DNA of 64,000 nt from an uncultured Rickettsiales bacterium. GTDB lineage: Bacteria > Pseudomonadota > Alphaproteobacteria > Rickettsiales > Rickettsiaceae. The translations under genes were made by a program, and so were the position numbers. Under the pieces are notes generated by a model. That model did not search any database and was not told the origin of the DNA. It saw only the letters and a program-made list of their open reading frames with translations. Where the stretch lies: NCBI GenBank assembly GCA_903828265.1, contig CAIKLL010000009.1, forward strand, positions 19,877 to 83,876, in the 5' to 3' direction. This document shows, one piece after another, positions 1 through 9,859 of the stretch (the stretch's first letter is position 1; each line of letters starts with the position of its first letter).

Positions 1-20
1 ATTTAGAGGTAAAACTAGTC

Positions 21-140
21 ATGAAAGAATGTACTAATAAAAAACGCCAATGGCTTTGGTTTATCGCTTTGTGGCTAGGAAGCTTTGGTAGCGTACTGCT
101 ACTTTCTACTGTTATAAAGTTAATAATGAAGTTAGGTTAA
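21..140 (+). CDS. small single-TM peptide, DUF2474-like
   Basis: 39-codon ORF absent from the supplied track (ATG 21, TAA 138-140): MKECTNKKRQWLWFIALWLGSFGSVLLLSTVIKLIMKLG. Basic N-terminus then one TM helix with a W-x-WF-x-x-LW pattern, as in DUF2474 peptides that commonly follow cydB. Confidence 0.4.
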   Translation: MKECTNKKRQWLWFIALWLGSFGSVLLLSTVIKLIMKLG

Positions 141-262
141 ACCTTATTTCTTAAAAAGCTTAATTAATATAATCCTGTACCGGTAACTAGATAAGGGTTG
201 ATGTTTTTATTAATTAACAATTTACTCCTATCGGTAACTTAATATAATAATAAAAATCACAT

Positions 263-583
263 TTAGTCTTTTTCCTCTTTATTTCTATTAATTTGATGCT
301 GCCATTTTTGGTAATAATCTCTAATTTCAGTTAACGAATATTCTCCTTCATATTTTCCGCCCAAATTTGCTATTTTTTCTAAATAAAAGTTTATTTGGTC
401 TATATCATCATCAACCTTAATATTAGGTTTTTGACTTAAGTCCAAATATGAAGTTATTTCAGCTTTGGTGGTGTTAAAGAAATTATAGCAATCTTTAAGT
501 TTTTTTGCTATATGAGGCACGTCTTCAGGCTTGAGTACAAGGAAAGCAACTATAAGCACAACTAGTAACTCAAACAAAGACAT
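263..583 (-). CDS. tatB: Tat (Sec-independent) translocase subunit, TatB-like
   Basis: N-terminal MSLFELLVVLIVAFLVLKPEDVP is a Tat-type TM helix plus hinge, followed by an amphipathic/acidic tail. The 106-aa length fits TatB better than TatA. Confidence 0.6.
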   Translation of the reverse strand: MSLFELLVVLIVAFLVLKPEDVPHIAKKLKDCYNFFNTTKAEITSYLDLSQKPNIKVDDDIDQINFYLEKIANLGGKYEGEYSLTEIRDYYQKWQHQINRNKEEKD

Positions 584-780
584 ATTACTTTATATTTATA
601 TAGAGAATAACAACTCGTATTATTAACATAGAGTAGTTGAGTTTTAAAATCTTTACAACTTATAGGTTAGCCCAAGGGAAGAAAACATTTTAAAAATACC
701 TTCTAGAGCTCTAAAATTCGTTTTAAAAATAAGAAACAGGCCTGGGAGCTTCGGTTGGTACAATCAACTTTGGCAAAGTG

Positions 781-2304
781 CTATTTTTTTGTTTTAGCTT
801 TTTTCTGATCTCTTTTATCATTATGCTCACGACTGTGATCGTGGAAAGTTTCAGGATTGCTAACACGATCATGCTTATGAGCTTTAACATAACCATCGTG
901 ATCATAATCATGATTACAATTTTCATCATGTATATGTTCATGGGAGTGCTCGTGTACATTATCGGTCTTACTAGACTCAGGTAAATGATCATTAGCATTC
1001 TTTGCTAGGAGTTTTTCTAATTTGTCCTTGCTATAAGATTTTTCAAGTAATTTTACTTCTTTTTCAAAAATAGTTTTTACCGCTTTATCTTCCAAAACCG
1101 GTCCCTTTAAAGATTCTAAAGCCTTAGGGTGTTTCAGGTAAAAATCAATAATCTCATTTTCTCTACCCGGAAAATTTTTTGCTTGATCCATAATTACTTT
1201 TTGAATGTCCGTTTTCTCAATTTCTAACTTATGAATCTTAACATACTCTGCAAGCATTAAGCCAAGTTTAACTCTCCGTAGTGCCAATTTTGCAAAATAA
1301 GTTTCCTTATCTTTTGACGAGTTTTCTTCTAATTCTTTATCTTCTACTTCGGCAGCCTGTTTTTCTAAAATCTTAATTTCCTTATCAAGTAAAGTTTTTG
1401 GTACATCAAATTTTAGCATATTTTCCAGTTTATCGAAAAGAGCCATTTTCATCATGGTTTTTATTGGCTCTTCATAAACTTCTTGCATATTTTTTGCAAT
1501 TTGTCCTCTTAACTTCTCTAAATTTTCAAAATTGAGTTTTTTAGCAAATTCATCGTCAAGTTTAACTTCACTTTCACTATGGATCTCTAAGATTTTAACT
1601 TTAAACTCGGAAGGTTTACCGGCAAGGGTTTTTTCATGGTAATCCTTAGGAAAATCCACCTTTACCGATATATCATCCCCAGTTTTAGCTCCAATTAACT
1701 GGTCTTCAAATCCCGGAATAAAAACCCCACTACCAAGGACAAGCTTATGAGCAGTTAATTTCCCGCCAGCAAAGGCTTTACCATCTACATATCCAATTGC
1801 ATCTATAGTTACCTGATCTCCTTTTTTAACCTTAGATGTATTTATTTTTTTGTATTCTTTCGAAGCACTAACTAGCTTTTCCAGCTGTTCATCTATATCT
1901 TTATCTTTCAATTCTAAAACTGGTTTTTCAATAGCGATATTTTTAAAATCCGGTATAGTAACTTCTGGAAACAACTGATACTTTAAGGTAAACTCCAGAT
2001 CTTTACTTTCCTCATCTATTATATCCTCAATTTCAGGTTCCATAAGTACCCTTAAGTTCCTGTCTTTTGTGATATCACCTATTGCCTTAACAATCTTATT
2101 TTTTACAGCTTCTGCTCGGAGGGAATCTCCATATTTTTTCTTTAAAAAAGAAGTAGGGACTTTACCTACACGAAAACCGTCAATTTTTGCATCTTTAGAC
2201 AACCTAGCTAGCTCTTTTTCAATTTCAGCACTGATCTCTTTTGATGGAATATTAACTTTAAGGTGAAGATCAGTTTTATCATTTTTTATTTCGGTAATAT
2301 TCAT
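781..2304 (-). CDS. tig: trigger factor with His-rich C-terminal extension
   Basis: Ribosome-binding signature DGFRVGKVP near the N-terminus, central FKBP-type PPIase region (GYVDGKAFAGGK...FIPGFEDQLIG) and a C-terminal arm domain. 507 aa including a ~70-aa His/Asp-rich tail. Confidence 0.9.
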   Translation of the reverse strand: MNITEIKNDKTDLHLKVNIPSKEISAEIEKELARLSKDAKIDGFRVGKVPTSFLKKKYGDSLRAEAVKNKIVKAIGDITKDRNLRVLMEPEIEDIIDEESKDLEFTLKYQLFPEVTIPDFKNIAIEKPVLELKDKDIDEQLEKLVSASKEYKKINTSKVKKGDQVTIDAIGYVDGKAFAGGKLTAHKLVLGSGVFIPGFEDQLIGAKTGDDISVKVDFPKDYHEKTLAGKPSEFKVKILEIHSESEVKLDDEFAKKLNFENLEKLRGQIAKNMQEVYEEPIKTMMKMALFDKLENMLKFDVPKTLLDKEIKILEKQAAEVEDKELEENSSKDKETYFAKLALRRVKLGLMLAEYVKIHKLEIEKTDIQKVIMDQAKNFPGRENEIIDFYLKHPKALESLKGPVLEDKAVKTIFEKEVKLLEKSYSKDKLEKLLAKNANDHLPESSKTDNVHEHSHEHIHDENCNHDYDHDGYVKAHKHDRVSNPETFHDHSREHNDKRDQKKAKTKK

Positions 2305-2352
2305 ATTTAACCTAAAGATTTAGTGAAAAATTGATATAAAAATTTGCAAACT

Positions 2353-2437
2353 TGGTACGGATGGAGGGACTTGAACCCCCACACCTTGCGGTACTAGAAC
2401 CTAAATCTAGCGCGTCTACCAGTTCCGCCACATCCGC
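2353..2437 (-). tRNA. tRNA-Leu (anticodon UAG)
   Basis: Minus-strand sequence GCGGATGTGGCGGAACTGGTAGACGCGCTAGATTTAGGTTCTAGTACCGCAAGGTGTGGGGGTTCAAGTCCCTCCATCCGTACCA folds as a cloverleaf. Anticodon stem CTAGA/TCTAG with loop TTTAGGT, long variable arm, T-loop GGTTCAAGTCC, encoded CCA. Confidence 0.9.
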
Positions 2438-2469
2438 ATTATGAATTCGGGTTAGCCGTAAAAATCTAG

Positions 2470-3618
2470 CTATTTTTGTAAGAATTCAACTAAGGAATCA
2501 TAATACACGTTATATAAACTTTGTAAATCACTAATTTGGGTGTGTTCGTTAATTTTATGCGCTTGATCAAAGCTTAGACCAAATTCCACAATCTCCGAAT
2601 ATTTATGAATAAAACGAGCATCAGAAGTACCTCCATTTGTATCTATTTTCGGTGGAACCTGACATTGGTTTTGCACTATAGCAGTAAATTTTTTCATTTT
2701 GTCAGAGTACTTTTGTACAAAAGATTCAGCTGATGACTCATATTGCAAATCAAATATCACTTCATGTTTTGATACTACATCTAGTACGATTCTGAATATG
2801 GATTTAGCACTATGCAAATCATTAAACCGAACATTAAATCTTAAGGTAGCTTGCTCTGGAATAATATTAACTACATTATTCCCTACATCAAAGGATGTGA
2901 TTTCTAAATTCGTTTTTTCGAAAAATTCAGATCCATTGTCGAAATTTATATTCATTAAATCAGCAGCAATTTTTACCGCACTAGTAATGGGGTTAATTGC
3001 GGTATGCGGATATGCTACATGTCCTTGTTTGCCTACAATCTTTAGCACAAAATTGACACTCCCGCGGCGACCTATAGCTATAGTATCTCCGAAGTGAGAT
3101 CTAGCGGTTGGTTCTCCTAAGATAGAAAAATCAATTTTTTCTCCTTTCTTAGCCAGATATTCAAGCATAGGTTTTGTACCGTATTTTGCACAACCTTCTT
3201 CATCGCTAGTTAACAGAAAACTGATAGAGCCTTTCGGGTTTGGTTGAATTTTTAAATAATTTAAGGCTGATACTATCCCACAAGCAATTGCACCTTTCAT
3301 ATCAACAGTGCCACGACCATATACTTTTTCTCCTATAACTTTCAACTCGAAAGGGTTATAATCCCATAAGTTTTCATTTAGCGGCGGTACGACATCTATA
3401 TGACCGGCAAAACATATATTAGGACTGCAATCTCCATATCTTGCATATAAATTTGTAGTTTTCTCTTCTTCTTTTTCTCCAAAAACTTGAATATCACACG
3501 AAAAGCCAGAATTAGTTAATAATTTAGCAATATATTCTAGTGATCCACTACTATAAGGGGTAACCGATCTAAAACTAACTAATTTAGCAAGAGTTTCTAA
3601 AACCTGTTCTATAGCCAT
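2470..3618 (-). CDS. dapE: succinyl-diaminopimelate desuccinylase (M20 peptidase)
   Basis: M20 metal-site motifs GHIDVVP, GRGTVDMKG and TSDEEG. 382 aa, adjacent to dapD. Confidence 0.85.
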   Translation of the reverse strand: MAIEQVLETLAKLVSFRSVTPYSSGSLEYIAKLLTNSGFSCDIQVFGEKEEEKTTNLYARYGDCSPNICFAGHIDVVPPLNENLWDYNPFELKVIGEKVYGRGTVDMKGAIACGIVSALNYLKIQPNPKGSISFLLTSDEEGCAKYGTKPMLEYLAKKGEKIDFSILGEPTARSHFGDTIAIGRRGSVNFVLKIVGKQGHVAYPHTAINPITSAVKIAADLMNINFDNGSEFFEKTNLEITSFDVGNNVVNIIPEQATLRFNVRFNDLHSAKSIFRIVLDVVSKHEVIFDLQYESSAESFVQKYSDKMKKFTAIVQNQCQVPPKIDTNGGTSDARFIHKYSEIVEFGLSFDQAHKINEHTQISDLQSLYNVYYDSLVEFLQK

Positions 3619-3622
3619 ACAA

Positions 3623-4447
3623 TTAATCTCTTAGTAATTCATTAAGACTCGTTTTTTCTCTCGTCTTTTTATCAACCTGCTTTACAATAACTGCGCAATA
3701 AATCCCTGGCAAGTCCTTTTTAGAAGATGGAAGTACTCCAGGTACAACTACTGAATAAGCAGGGATTCTACCATAAATTATATCGCCGGTATTACGATTA
3801 ATAATTTTTGTTGACGAACCAATAAAAACCCCGGTACTAATTACCGCTCCTTCTTCTAGAATCATTCCTTCTACAATTTGCGAACCAGCACCAACAAAGC
3901 AATTATCTTCGATGATTACAGGTTTTGCCTGTAAAGGTTCTAACACCCCCCCAATTCCAGCTCCACTGGAGATATGACAATTATTACCAATATAGGCACA
4001 AGAGCCAATAGTTGCCCAGCTATCTATCATAGTATTATCTCCAACGTAAGCACCAATATTTATAAAAGAAGGCATTACCACCGCATTTTTGCCTATATAA
4101 GCTCCTTGGCGAATAAAAGCACCGGGAACGATACGGAATCCCTTTTGCTCAAATATACCTTGGGAAAAATTCAGAAACTGCGGATCAACTTTATCATACC
4201 ATTTCATACAATTGCCGTCATAAAGTTTCATTTCAGAAAGTTTGAAATTTAGCAAAATGGCTTTTTTTACCCATTCGTTAACGCACCACTGTCCCGTGAT
4301 TTTTTCACAGACAACTATTTTTCCTTCGCCAAGCTGAAAAATTATTTCATCAATAATTTTTTTTTCATTGGTATATTTATCATTTCCGGTATTTAACGAA
4401 TCTCTTATTTGCCAAAGTTCTTCTATTGCTTTAATATAATCTCGCAT
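3623..4447 (-). CDS. dapD: tetrahydrodipicolinate N-succinyltransferase
   Basis: Left-handed beta-helix hexapeptide repeats (GAYIGKNAVVMPSFINIGAYVGDNTMIDSWATIGSCAYIG...) with a DapD-like N-terminal domain. Start moved to the internal ATG at 4447 (MRDYIKAIEELW); the upstream 10 codons look non-native. Confidence 0.85.
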   Translation of the reverse strand: MRDYIKAIEELWQIRDSLNTGNDKYTNEKKIIDEIIFQLGEGKIVVCEKITGQWCVNEWVKKAILLNFKLSEMKLYDGNCMKWYDKVDPQFLNFSQGIFEQKGFRIVPGAFIRQGAYIGKNAVVMPSFINIGAYVGDNTMIDSWATIGSCAYIGNNCHISSGAGIGGVLEPLQAKPVIIEDNCFVGAGSQIVEGMILEEGAVISTGVFIGSSTKIINRNTGDIIYGRIPAYSVVVPGVLPSSKKDLPGIYCAVIVKQVDKKTREKTSLNELLRD

Positions 4448-4554
4448 TATTGACCCTAAATAAAAGTTGAACCACACAACAAATAACTTTATTTTTTGTT
4501 AAGGTAAATTGTTTTTATAAATAAGGAAATAAATTTTAAAAAAATAACAAAGTT

Positions 4555-5166
4555 ATGTATATTACCTGTCCGGGATGTGAGACCAGATTCACCGTAACTG
4601 CTGAACAAATAGGTAAAAATGGCAGAAAAGTAAAATGTTCAAAATGCTTCCACATTTGGCATCAAAAACCTTTAGGGCAAGTGAAAATTGAACCGAAAGT
4701 AGAATTAGTATCTACAAAAACTCCTCTTCTTGGTAATGGGATAAATTTACCAGTGCTATTACCGATAAAAGTTCCAGGGCATTTATTATACGGTTTGCCA
4801 ATATTACTAATAAGTATGATTATCTTTATGGTTACAATTCTATTTCAGGATAGTTTTGTCCTGCCCTCTATTTTAAATAACCAAAATTTAGTTATTAGCG
4901 ATGTCCGCCCTTACCAGCACCTTGATAAAACAATAATTAATTATAAAGTAACCAATTTATCTAGTAAAAGCGTCAAAGTCCCTTTAATCAGAATTAGAAT
5001 ATTTGATAAAACCAATAGGATAATAAATTCCAGAATTGAGAACCATAATAATATCAAACTTGCCCCCTCGGAAAATATTATTCTTAGCACAGAACTGGTA
5101 AATATTCCTCCCCATGCAAATATTGATATAATGATAGGTAATAAATTAGATTTTATTTTACATTAA
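4555..5166 (+). CDS. MJ0042-type zinc-ribbon membrane protein (DUF3426-like C-terminus)
   Basis: N-terminal CPGC...x17...CSKC zinc ribbon (MYITCPGCETRFTVTAEQIGKNGRKVKCSKCFHIWHQ), one TM helix, then a beta-rich C-terminal domain. Confidence 0.7.
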   Translation: MYITCPGCETRFTVTAEQIGKNGRKVKCSKCFHIWHQKPLGQVKIEPKVELVSTKTPLLGNGINLPVLLPIKVPGHLLYGLPILLISMIIFMVTILFQDSFVLPSILNNQNLVISDVRPYQHLDKTIINYKVTNLSSKSVKVPLIRIRIFDKTNRIINSRIENHNNIKLAPSENIILSTELVNIPPHANIDIMIGNKLDFILH

Positions 5167-5566
5167 TATTTATTGATCATACTTTCCGTTGCATTTTTAC
5201 TTTATGGTCTAAAACCAGGGAAAGGAGGCTAATTGATTATGTTATACTTGGGCAATTTCAGTTCTACAATTCGGAAAGCACTCTACATGATTTATTATTA
5301 TACGAGATTGGCAAGAAAAGTTACACCTTATATTTTTTACAGAATTTGAATTTGTTGATCTTCTCTTAAACTACCTCTAATTTATCGTTTACTTTTCTAC
5401 GTAATAATAAAACTCAAAACAGAGAAAAACGATTAATAGCGGATTTCTATATTATTCCTCAGAAAAATAATCTCCATGGAGATAAATTGAGATTTACCAA
5501 AAAGGTTTTTTCTTTTTACAATAGGGGTTTCCTATACTCACAAGGCTACCCTCAGTAAAAATCTAA

Positions 5567-7378
5567 CTATTCTACAGTAACGCTTTTAGCCAAGTTACGT
5601 GGTTGATCTATATCATTTCCTTTTAAATCAGCAGTATAATATGCAAGCAGCTGCATAGGTATAGCATAAACCATCGGAGCAATAAATTCTTCGCAATCAG
5701 GTATTTCTAGAACCCAAGATGATGAATCTATTACTTCTCTTACATTACTTGAACCGACAATAGTTAACAATTTACCTCCTCTAGCACCTAACTCCTGTAA
5801 ATTTGAAAACATTTTTTCAAATAAACTGCCATTTGGCATTAGCGCAACTATTGGCATGTTACTGTCAATTAAAGAAATAGGACCATGTTTTAGTTCACCT
5901 CCGGCATAACCTTCAGCATGTATATACGATAATTCTTTTAATTTTAGCGACCCTTCAAGAGCAATAGGATATAAATTACCCCTTCCAATAAACAATACAC
6001 TAGGAAAATCTTTAATCTGCATAGCGGCACTTCTTATTTTGTCACTTTGTGACAAAATTTTTGTAATCATACTAGGTACAGTTAATAATAAAGCTTTTAA
6101 CTCTTGAAACTTATTATCAGAAATATTGTGGTTCTTCAGACCTATATTTAATCCTAACGCGACAATAACCATTAATTGTCCCAAAAATGCTTTAGTAGAA
6201 GCAACTCCTATTTCAGGACCCACCATTATCGGTAATACATAATCAGATGCGCGGCCAATTGAACTATTTTCTGTATTCACAATTGAAATAATAGCTTGGC
6301 CGTTAGCTTTTGCATATTTTAAAGCCTCTAAGGTATCTAAAGTTTCTCCTGATTGAGAAATTACAATTGTAACTTCGTTTTTTTTCTTAGCAACAGTACG
6401 ATATCTAAACTCTGATGCAATTTCTAAATCTACTGCAATGTTAGTTAATTCTTCTAACCAGTATTTAGCAACTAACCCTGAATAATAAGCAGTACCGCAA
6501 GCTAAAATTTTTATATGTTCAATATTTTGCCAATCTATCTTTATTTTACTTAATTCATCTGTTCTTAGATATTTATCTATGGCCTTTTCAAGTACTATTG
6601 GCTGTTCGTATATTTCTTTAAGCATGAAATGCGGGAAATCTTTTTTAGACACTTCTTCTATTAATGAAGATTTTTTAACAGCACGCTCAACTGGATTACC
6701 ATTTTTATCAAAAATCTGATATGAATCTAGCCTAATTAAAACTGCGTCCTCATCCTCAAAATACACTACATCACCTACATTATTACCAAAAGCTACTATA
6801 TCTGAAGCAATGTAAGTAGCATCTTCTGCTAAACCTAGAATTAAAGGAGTTTTTTTACAAGTCGCGAATAACAACTCAGCATCATGAAACATAAATAATA
6901 AAGAAAATGACCCTTCCAATCTTGCAATAGTCTGCCTAGAAGCTTCTATATGGTTATTATTTAGGGAAAAATAGTGATCAAGTAGATTAGCAACAACTTC
7001 CGTATCAGTTTCAGATTTAAATCCATATCCTAAACCCTGTAATTCTTGCTTTAGTTCTTTATAATTCTCAATAATTCCATTATGGACTATTGCTATCCTA
7101 TCAGTTGTATGTGGATGAGCATTGACTACACTTGGTACTCCATGTGTTGCCCACCTTGTATGACCAATTCCTATATTACTCTCTAATTTTTTCTGGGATA
7201 AAAGCTTTTTTAATTCTAAGACTTTGCCGACAGTCTTAACTAAATGTATTTGATTATTTTGTATCACAGCAAGCCCAGCACTATCATATCCCCTATATTC
7301 CAATTTCTCAAGACCACTTACTAACATAGGTAATATATTAATATTATTATTAGTAACCCCAGCTATGATACCGCACAT
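5567..7378 (-). CDS. glmS: glutamine--fructose-6-phosphate aminotransferase
   Basis: MCGI N-terminal nucleophile, GHTRWATHG motif, two SIS domains, C-terminal ...KSVTVE. 603 aa. Confidence 0.95.
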   Translation of the reverse strand: MCGIIAGVTNNNINILPMLVSGLEKLEYRGYDSAGLAVIQNNQIHLVKTVGKVLELKKLLSQKKLESNIGIGHTRWATHGVPSVVNAHPHTTDRIAIVHNGIIENYKELKQELQGLGYGFKSETDTEVVANLLDHYFSLNNNHIEASRQTIARLEGSFSLLFMFHDAELLFATCKKTPLILGLAEDATYIASDIVAFGNNVGDVVYFEDEDAVLIRLDSYQIFDKNGNPVERAVKKSSLIEEVSKKDFPHFMLKEIYEQPIVLEKAIDKYLRTDELSKIKIDWQNIEHIKILACGTAYYSGLVAKYWLEELTNIAVDLEIASEFRYRTVAKKKNEVTIVISQSGETLDTLEALKYAKANGQAIISIVNTENSSIGRASDYVLPIMVGPEIGVASTKAFLGQLMVIVALGLNIGLKNHNISDNKFQELKALLLTVPSMITKILSQSDKIRSAAMQIKDFPSVLFIGRGNLYPIALEGSLKLKELSYIHAEGYAGGELKHGPISLIDSNMPIVALMPNGSLFEKMFSNLQELGARGGKLLTIVGSSNVREVIDSSSWVLEIPDCEEFIAPMVYAIPMQLLAYYTADLKGNDIDQPRNLAKSVTVE

Positions 7379-7380
7379 AT

Positions 7381-8370
7381 TTATTTTCTCCTATTAGGTT
7401 TCATAAGTTGTTGACTCCGACCAATAGCAAAAGTATCGTCGGGAACATCTTTATTGATAAAGGAACTAGCTCCTATAAGTGCATTACAGCCAATTGTAAT
7501 AGGTGATATTAAAGAACTATTGGAGCCAATAAAACTGTTATTTTTGATTATTGTTTTATGCTTTTTCAAACCATCATAATTACAAGTGACTACCCCAGCA
7601 CCTATGTTTACGTTACTGCCAATTGTAGCATCCCCTATATAAGATAAATGAGAGGCTTTTGAACCAGTACCGAAAGTAGAATTTTTTATTTCTACAAAAT
7701 TTCCTATTTTTACATTACTTTCTATCTTAGTCTCGCCTCTTATCCTGACAAAAGGTCCTATTTTAGATTCTCTCTCTATTTCTACCCCTTCTAAATAAGA
7801 AAAGGCTCTAATATGAACATTATTATCTATTCTAACCTTGGGGCCAAAATAGACGTTGGGTTCGATCAATACATCCTTTCCAAAGGTAGTATCATATGAT
7901 AAATATGTAGTATCTGGGTCTTCTAAATATACCCCCTTATTAATGGCGTCTTCTCGTAACATCTTTTGTATTTCCTGACCAAAAGAAACCACTTTGGAAT
8001 TACTATTTAATAGCTTAAGCTCAAATGAATCTAGAGTACAACACGACCATTTTGGATCGATATTATCATAAAATAAATTAATATCGAGAGAAGAATCGTT
8101 TAACAAATTAACATCAACCAGGGCTATACAAGGCTCGGAATCCACCAAACCAATTATCGCCTTATAATCTTTTTTCTTTTGAGCAAACGATTCAATAATT
8201 TGATCAGTAAGGCCTATAAGATTAGTTTTAATAAGCAGCACACTACCATGGGGCAAAAAGGTTTTTAGTTTACTACAGCTAATTGTATCTCGAGCAAATT
8301 GCTTTATCATTTTAGCTGCTACCAAATGGGTACTATATTCCGAATCTGTAAAAAAAACCTTGTGATCCAT
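7381..8370 (-). CDS. glmU: GlmU-like GlcN-1-P acetyltransferase with short, signature-less N-terminal domain
   Basis: C-terminal beta-helix is collinear with GlmU (SHLSYIGDATIGSNVNIGAGVVTCNYDGLKKHKTII...AIGRSQQ) and the gene sits 2 nt upstream of glmS, as in glmUS operons. No LAAGxGTRM-type nucleotide-binding motif. Start set at the internal ATG 8370 (MDHKVFF), because the ORF-track start would leave only 11 nt to divergent glmM. Confidence 0.7.
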   Translation of the reverse strand: MDHKVFFTDSEYSTHLVAAKMIKQFARDTISCSKLKTFLPHGSVLLIKTNLIGLTDQIIESFAQKKKDYKAIIGLVDSEPCIALVDVNLLNDSSLDINLFYDNIDPKWSCCTLDSFELKLLNSNSKVVSFGQEIQKMLREDAINKGVYLEDPDTTYLSYDTTFGKDVLIEPNVYFGPKVRIDNNVHIRAFSYLEGVEIERESKIGPFVRIRGETKIESNVKIGNFVEIKNSTFGTGSKASHLSYIGDATIGSNVNIGAGVVTCNYDGLKKHKTIIKNNSFIGSNSSLISPITIGCNALIGASSFINKDVPDDTFAIGRSQQLMKPNRRK

Positions 8371-8453
8371 GAAAACAATTGTACTCTTTATTAAAAATGG
8401 TGTAAACTGCTGCAGTTTAAACAAAATTTGCATAAAACGCAAAGGAAATAATC

Positions 8454-9833
8454 ATGCTAAAAAAGTATTTTGGTACAGATGGAATAAGAGGGAGAAGTAA
8501 TACCGGCATTATCACTCCAGAAACCATGATAAAATTGGCAAGAGCAACCTCTATAGCTTGTGACTTCCTTGGAAAGAAAGCAACTATAGTGATAGGAAAG
8601 GATACTAGGTTATCAGGTTATATGCTAGAATCCGCATTAACTTCGGGGTTTATTTCCATGGGTGTGAATGTAGTATTAATAGGACCCATGCCTACCCCAG
8701 CAATATCAATGATGGTCAGAAGTTTGCGAGCGGATCTTGGAATGATGATTTCAGCTTCACATAATCCATATTACGATAATGGAGTTAAATTTTTTCAATC
8801 ATCAGGTCATAAAATTTCTTCCGAACTAGAAAAGAAAATTGAAGAATTAATGCATACTGAATTATCCGGATATGTAGCAGAATATAACGATTTAGGAAAG
8901 GCACTAAAACTAATTGATGCACGTGGACGTTATATCGAACACGTAAAATACTCATTTCCACCTAATCTAAAATTAGAAGGAATAAAATTAGTAGTCGACT
9001 GTGCTAATGGAGCAGCTTATGATATTGCCCCGAAAGTATTTCATGAATTGGGAGCCAAGGTTATTACATGCGGAACCAGCCCTAGCGGATTTAATATTAA
9101 CGATAAATGCGGTGTTATGGATCCGCAGCTGCTAACCCAGAAAGTATTAGAACATAAAGCAGATCTCGGAATCGCATTAGACGGGGATGCCGATAGAGTT
9201 CTAATAATAGATGAAAACGGACAAGTAATAGATGGAGACCAAATAATCGCAGCTTTAGCCCAATATTTACTAGAAAACAACTTGTTACAAAATAACTTAG
9301 TAACTACTACTATCATGTCAAATATGGGATTAGAGTTATATTTAAAAACAATTGGAATAGACCTTATACGGACCAATGTTGGGGACAAATATGTAGCAGA
9401 AAAAATGGCTACGCTAGGTTGTAATTTAGGAGGAGAACAATCCGGACATATTATTATTGGGACAAATCAAGCAACAGGAGATGGTATTAAGGCCGCCCTT
9501 GGGGTTCTTGCTATGTATAAGCAAGCACAAACCCCTATAAGTAAGGTACTAAATAAATTTGTACCGGTACCACAATTTACTCATAATATTCGCTACGATC
9601 ACAAATATTATCACAAATTTACAACCTTACGAGGTAAAGAAATTGAGGAAATTAGCAAGTTCTACCAAGAACGCTACGCTAAAAAAGTAAGAGTTGTAAT
9701 ACGTCAATCCGGGACCGAACCGATAATAAGGTTAATGGTAGAAAGCGAAAATATTGATTTGGCTCAAAATTTACTAGCAGAAATACAAAGTAAAATAGAA
9801 AATAAAATTCAATCTTTATTAGAAAAGCTGTAA
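8454..9833 (+). CDS. glmM: phosphoglucosamine mutase
   Basis: FGTDGIRG start region, phosphoserine loop SASHNPYYDNG, Mg site DGDADR, GEQSGH sugar-binding loop. Confidence 0.95.
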   Translation: MLKKYFGTDGIRGRSNTGIITPETMIKLARATSIACDFLGKKATIVIGKDTRLSGYMLESALTSGFISMGVNVVLIGPMPTPAISMMVRSLRADLGMMISASHNPYYDNGVKFFQSSGHKISSELEKKIEELMHTELSGYVAEYNDLGKALKLIDARGRYIEHVKYSFPPNLKLEGIKLVVDCANGAAYDIAPKVFHELGAKVITCGTSPSGFNINDKCGVMDPQLLTQKVLEHKADLGIALDGDADRVLIIDENGQVIDGDQIIAALAQYLLENNLLQNNLVTTTIMSNMGLELYLKTIGIDLIRTNVGDKYVAEKMATLGCNLGGEQSGHIIIGTNQATGDGIKAALGVLAMYKQAQTPISKVLNKFVPVPQFTHNIRYDHKYYHKFTTLRGKEIEEISKFYQERYAKKVRVVIRQSGTEPIIRLMVESENIDLAQNLLAEIQSKIENKIQSLLEKL

Positions 9834-9859
9834 ATAAAACTTATTGGAGCAAGGAAATT

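Noticed and set aside
723-998. Two supplied ORFs (723-998 minus, 778-984 plus) rich in Met/Ile/His-complement codons
   Set aside because: Both lie wholly on the repetitive CAT/GAT-rich DNA that encodes the His-rich tail of trigger factor. They are low-complexity frame artefacts, and the tig frame is continuous through this region.
2699-3097. 132-aa ORF antisense to dapE, with similar antisense ORFs at 3974-4252, 9041-9388, 11635-11874, 12352-12603, 14827-15207, 37436-37645, 43080-43418 and 47734-48090
   Set aside because: Each is fully embedded opposite a gene with strong, collinear family motifs. They lack SD sequences and have odd composition (Ser/Pro/Ile-rich), as expected for the mirror frame.
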